64,000 bases of DNA from positions 186,001 to 250,000 of the forward strand of contig NW_026862330.1 in NCBI RefSeq assembly GCF_026571515.1. Reading direction: 5' to 3'. Both the position numbers and the translations under genes were made by a program. The notes below the pieces were generated by a model, which did no database searches, was not told where the DNA came from, and was given only the letters and a program-made list of their open reading frames with translations. Within the stretch, counting starts at the first letter, position 1, and each line of letters opens with the position of its first letter. The DNA is from Ruditapes philippinarum. Lineage: Eukaryota. Of this stretch, positions 58,681 to 64,000 are shown in pieces.

Positions 58681-61600
58681 ATGAGGGTAATTTTCATCTT
58701 GGTATTCTTTGCCGTCCTGGCGAGTGTTACTTATGCAGGGAAGGGAAGCATGTCTGAATCTGACAGCGGAAGCTCCACACGGACTAGTACGGGTACAGGT
58801 AAAGGGACCGGAACAGGCACTGGTGTAGATGGGAAAAGCGGTACAGGAACGGGCACAGGAACCGGTACATTTACTTTCACCCACTCTGATACTGGTAGCG
58901 GAACTTCTAAACCATCAAGCGCAAGTAAATCAAGTGAATCAAAGAGCAAAACGAGTAGCAAAAAGAGTAGCAAAAAGAATAGCAAAAAGAGTGGCAAAGG
59001 GTCCGGTCCAAGCCCTCCTGTGTATCATTGTATAAAAGACGGTATACGATATAGTGGTAAGCACACACTTCTTCTCTACTACCTATAATGTTTAACTCGG
59101 TATTAATATGTAAAACTTTAAGAATTATACTTGATGGGATGTCTTATTAAAAATATAACAAAGAATAATATTGCAAATTCATCACATTTCAACTGAAATT
59201 TCCGCCACTTGTCATTGGCCATATAGCCAAACCACCTTTTGCTCTCTTTTTTTGGCAATAAGTGCAGTTATAACTGGTTTAGTACTCTATATGAAAGTCA
59301 AGATATAATGTTGTCTACGTTGTGCTACCTTTATAGCAAGTTAATTCACAATCAATGCTCCTTATTTAGGTGATAATCATTTGAAATATGTCTTAAATCA
59401 ATTATAAAAACATTACTCAACATTTATCGTTTGATAGGAACATGGCTTGTTGGATTTTTTTTTATAAAATTATAAATACACCTTTTTAAGCCAAACATTT
59501 GCTTTTATATTCAAGTTAATTCATATTTTTTCGCTAAACATGCAATCGAGTGTGCCAGATATTTCTAAACTTAATAGGTTTATACCGCGATACAAAAGAA
59601 AATAACTTAATATTTTCAATGTACATTTTCAATTAGGTCTTTCAAAACATATTTATTATTAGTAATAAAGAATTTCAGCAAGTTACATGACGGCACTGGA
59701 AATATTTTTCCGAGATTTGACAAAGGTTTTGGCCAAAAACTTGTGCGCCAGTTGTCAGATAATTCCTTCACATCGATTTTCCAGGAATTTTAAGTGTGCA
59801 AAATGACACAGTTCGCTCAAATCGGACTAAGAATCGCCAAAAAATAATAATTAAATAAAATAGAAATTAAAATATAAAATTTATGATAATAACCATAAAA
59901 TCGATATTCAATTTAACACTAGGTATATTTTTGTCTTCCAATGCAAGGTTTTTGTATTAAGTGCTTCACTTAATAAAGTATGATAATCAATCATATACCA
60001 GAAAAAGCAATAAAAATCAAAATCAATTTTTTTTAAAACAAAAAAAAAAACAGGAATAGTTTAGTGTACATGTTTTAAGCAAAAAGCAAAATGAAGCTGG
60101 CGATATTTTTTTGCTCTTGCTGGTGTCGCGTTTGGTATTTTTACAACATACTTCAGTCACTTACTAAAACGAAGAAATGTATTTTATTTCATATTTGGTT
60201 TTGTTTACCAATTAGGCCAAAATAGGCTAAAACGTCATATCATGTCACATATATTAGATGTTCTCATATTGGCGGTAATCCATGTTCGGTTCTTGTCGTA
60301 GGTCAGAGGTCATCTAAAACTGGTGAATAGTTATAGGGTGTATCTGCATCAGTAAGACCAAAGATTATTAAAAAATGTATTCACATTAACGGTTAATATA
60401 AATTTCTTTGTAATCGGCGAGGTGCTCCAAATGAGTTATTACACCGTGCCGTAAGAATTGAATGGTTGTGGAAAGTGCAGTGCTAAATATACATGGAAGT
60501 AAATAGCAGAGTTGTTCTGAATCTAGTGGTTCGTTTCTTTTTTTTTAAACACAAACTTTGGATAATATTTTTTAAACGCATTCAAGTCATTTAAAAACAG
60601 CAATAACTGTGTTTCAATAACTCAACGTGATTCCTTTGGGAAAGAGATAATTGTTTAATAACCAAACGCGATTCCTTTGGGAAAAACGGTGCAAAATTCC
60701 TATAGCAAATCAGAATAAATGTCTGGTGTAAGTTTGGAAACGGAAACATACTTATGATCTTCATTTACAACCTTTTATTTTACCAATATCATCAGAGCAT
60801 TTGATTTCATTGCTATTCGACATATTTAACCAATTTGGCACCGTATCTGATGGAATGACGTATGATTTTCTGTTTCAGGAGTATTTGCTGATCCATTCAA
60901 CCCATGTAAAGTTTGCATGTGTTGCAAACCTGGAATCTATACGTGCACCATAAGATAATGTCTAAAACCAAAGTGTTGTGAAAAAATACAAACACTGGAT
61001 TCCAATGGCTGTTGTATGAAATGTCCAAAAATTTGTAAAAAAGAATGGAAGAAATGTCCGAAACTTAATTGTCCAAAGAGGCGTTATGCATATGGAGAAA
61101 CGGCCTGTTGTCCGTCTTGTGGATGTGTTAACTTTCCCAGTAATGCACCCCCAGGTAATTTATTATTTGTTACAGTAAGTATTTGGAAAAAAATTCAAAA
61201 TCAAGATGATCATTGTTATTTTTCAATGTCTAAGCTTGAAAAACGTCCTCATTTGGAAAAGTCAAAAACCAAAATTGAGTATACTAAATAAAATAAGCTA
61301 AGTAAAGTTATTCTTCGTGATATCTTCGCAATATAATATGATAAACGATTTAGCACAATCGTAATTAACACATAAATATAGAATTGAAAATATCAAATTA
61401 ATTACGGTTCATTTACATATATTTAAAACTGTTGAAACCACTTTTATATTTGTAGGCAAATTTGGAGATGAGTGTGCGAAGTGCGAGTGTAATCCCGGAG
61501 GTCCCCCATATAATGGGGATGGAGTAATTACCTGCAACCGTCCACCATGCCCTGACAATAAACTGGAATGTGTTGACCCTAAATTTAACAAAAAGTGTGA

Positions 61601-63028
61601 ATATAAATGCCCTCAAGGTGAGTGTTCTTTCAGTAACCACACACACGATACAAAATGACTCTAACACTATAAAGCAATTAACAAATGTGATGGTCCGAAA
61701 ACTAAAGTAAAAGCCATGTTTGACCAATTTCATTCCTAGATATGTGTTCATAAACAAAAATCATTTTTACTATGCAAATTTAAAGCGACCTTAAAATTTT
61801 TTGTAAAGGTAAAACATGTTATTTTTAGATAAATCGTTTCATATAGTCAAATCAAAAGAATTAAAGTGGGAAATGAAATTGATGAAATACAAAAACAATA
61901 AGGGAACCCCTCGATACCTTTAACATACCGGTCTGCTTTCTATATTTAATAAAGTGAAGAGAACGATTCATTTTCAGATTTTTTAGAATCGAACATTGAC
62001 GCGTTATAAATACTCTCGGACGCTGTTTTGAAGAAGGCTAAACAGTAATATGCTTCATTTTCCAAAATAAAAGTACTGAAATACTTGGTTTGAAACGACA
62101 CAAAATTGTTTTTTCAACAGAAATCAAAAGCTGAAGGCCGCTTTAATGAGCTATTAAAAGTGTTTATGAAATGAAGGGATTGTGTTTTTAATAAATTACA
62201 CGTTGTTATCATGTATTTAATTATTCACCTTAAGAATCAGTCAACAATAGTCATTTAGAATTCCAAAAGAGAGTTGAAAGGATGGTAACATAAACCGAGT
62301 TAAATACATTTATTGTTTTAAAATAAACAAATCATTTCGTATATAAGTTTATTCACTTGAAGACTAGTACACAAAGTGTGCAAGTATATGATAACTTTAG
62401 GCCAAAAAATGAATAGTTATCTATACGAAAGTGAATTTTTAACATTATGCTCTTGTTTTTTTCAGGGCCAACATGTAGAAGAGGAGATCTGATAATCAAG
62501 AAAGGTAAGCCGCAACTTTTAGGCGATAAAATTTGTGTTTGTGAAAGAAACTTTTACCCACGTGCGTTCTGTGTGACTGCGAATCCGTTCGAACGAAAAA
62601 TAAAGAAGTTAATAGATCATAAATGCGTTGCCACGATAGAAGAACAAAAGAAAAAGTTTCATAAAGGAAAAGCCAAAGAGCCGGACAGTGGCGTAAGCAG
62701 TGCAGGAAAGGGAAGTGGAAAGGGTAAAGGCTCTTCAAGCAAGAAAAGTAAAAGTTCGGGCAAAATGAGCGGAAAGTCTTCTAGCAAAAAGAGTAAAACT
62801 TCGAGCAAAAAGGGTGGAAAGTCATCAAGCAAAAAGAGTAAAAGTTCGAGCAAAAAGTCATCTAGCAAAAATAGTAAAGGTTCGAGCAAAAAGAGCGGAA
62901 AGTCATCAAGCAAAAAGAGTAAAAGTTCGAGCAAAAAGAGCGGAAAGTCATCAAGCAAAAAGAGTAAAAGTTCGAGCAATAAGTCATCCGGCAAAATCTC
63001 GGGAAGTAAAGGCAGTAACAAAAGTTAG
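58681..63028 (+). pseudogene. Secreted VWC-domain protein D with Ser/Lys-rich tail, paralog of C, with an in-frame stop in exon 2. Exons 58681-59056, 60879-61154, 61456-61617, 62466-63028
   Basis: Same signal peptide and exon structure as C. AAA>TAA at 60956-60958. Splice sites all intact. AATAAA at 63183-63188. Could be a null allele or be rescued by skipping exon 2. Confidence 0.75.
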
Positions 63029-64000
63029 GGCAGTAAAAGCTCGGCTTACAAATTCAAATAAAAAAGCGGAACTATTAGAAAAGATTAAGGCATGGCAAGA
63101 AGTAACAAACGAGTAATTTAACTCAATTTAAAACTTTAAAAACTGTGTCAAAATTGTTATTTAAATGATGTTATATATTAGCAATAAATGTATCGAAGCA
63201 TTTCTATTGTCTTAACTTCACTCACGTTATTCTGAATAGTAATGATATTTTGTAAATATGCTTCTTTTTATCAGTTTCCGTTCACTCCAGGTATCTTGAA
63301 TACAATATTTAAAATTTGTAAAATATTGTTAAATAAAAGATTTTGGTTTTAGTAATAGCTTATGTTTATACATGTAACAGTTTTGGTGTAAAAAGGAAAG
63401 AGGATTATACGAGAGTCGTCATGATTCAAAATTATCGTTCGTGATTTATACAACGAAAAACAATAAGAAGAGATAATATTTTTTCAATAAAGGGTAAAAA
63501 CACGCAACTGATGCTTGAGTACATGAATAACATATTCAAGTTATAAAATGTTTATTTATAAACTCGAAAATATAAGCTCACCAGATGCTAGACTGTTTTT
63601 TATAACATATCCAAGCTATAGAATGCTTATTTATAACATTATAACATATTCACGTTATAGAATGCTTATGTATAGTTTATAACATAAACATGTAATAAAA
63701 TGCTTATTTATAACATATTCAAGTTATATAGAATAGTTATCAACTCGAAAATATTAATCAATAATTTTGACCCAGGCGATAAGAGTTTGATTTATCTTCT
63801 TGTTGCCCTATTGTTCACGGACAATAGCATGTTTTAAAGGGAAAGAATTAATCGGTTATACGACGCATATAGTTTTCCCTTATATGATCTTTACGGTGTC
63901 GGTCAATCTGATTAAAATCAACACCTAATTAACGCTAAGCACTATGCTCTGACGGGCACCAATATGAGGTCACCTTCTAGTGACATATCTAGCAGGCAAT

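Noticed and set aside
60956-60958. Recoded stop (selenocysteine or readthrough)
   Set aside because: The codon is TAA replacing Lys, not TGA at a Cys position
62750-63028. Protamine-like or histone H1-like gene
   Set aside because: The Lys/Ser tract is the tail of a signal-peptide VWC protein exon, not an independent nuclear protein

Overview
AT-rich, intron-containing animal DNA with scaffold N-gaps. It is most likely a bivalve mollusc, inferred from the HINE/pearl-type element, the tRNA-SINE and the gene types. The ORF track shows only exon fragments, but manual splicing reconstructs seven 4-exon genes for secreted proteins. Three are VMO1-domain genes on the minus strand (13.9-16.1, 18.9-21.1, 33.0-34.9 kb), each with a signal peptide and an acidic spacer. 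Four are cysteine-rich VWC (brorin/VWC2-like) genes on the plus strand (23.8-28.1, 38.3-42.3, 49.6-55.3, 58.7-63.0 kb). A head-to-head VMO1/VWC pair was tandemly duplicated (~14.2 kb offset), with a 22-bp foldback array at each junction. Both genes of the first copy carry lesions (8-bp frameshift; destroyed splice donor) while the second copy is intact. The two distal VWC genes have acquired Thr/Gly alternating N-terminal domains and 15-aa C-terminal repeats that switch from Ser/Thr-rich to Ser/Lys-rich; the last gene has an in-frame stop in a symmetric exon. VMO1 paralogs differ mainly in the loops before the three D[DN]TA motifs. The rest is decayed transposons (Harbinger, DD37D/maT, Sola2-like, CR1-like LINE, SINE, HINE) and minisatellites. 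All calls were made by eye; no database search was run.
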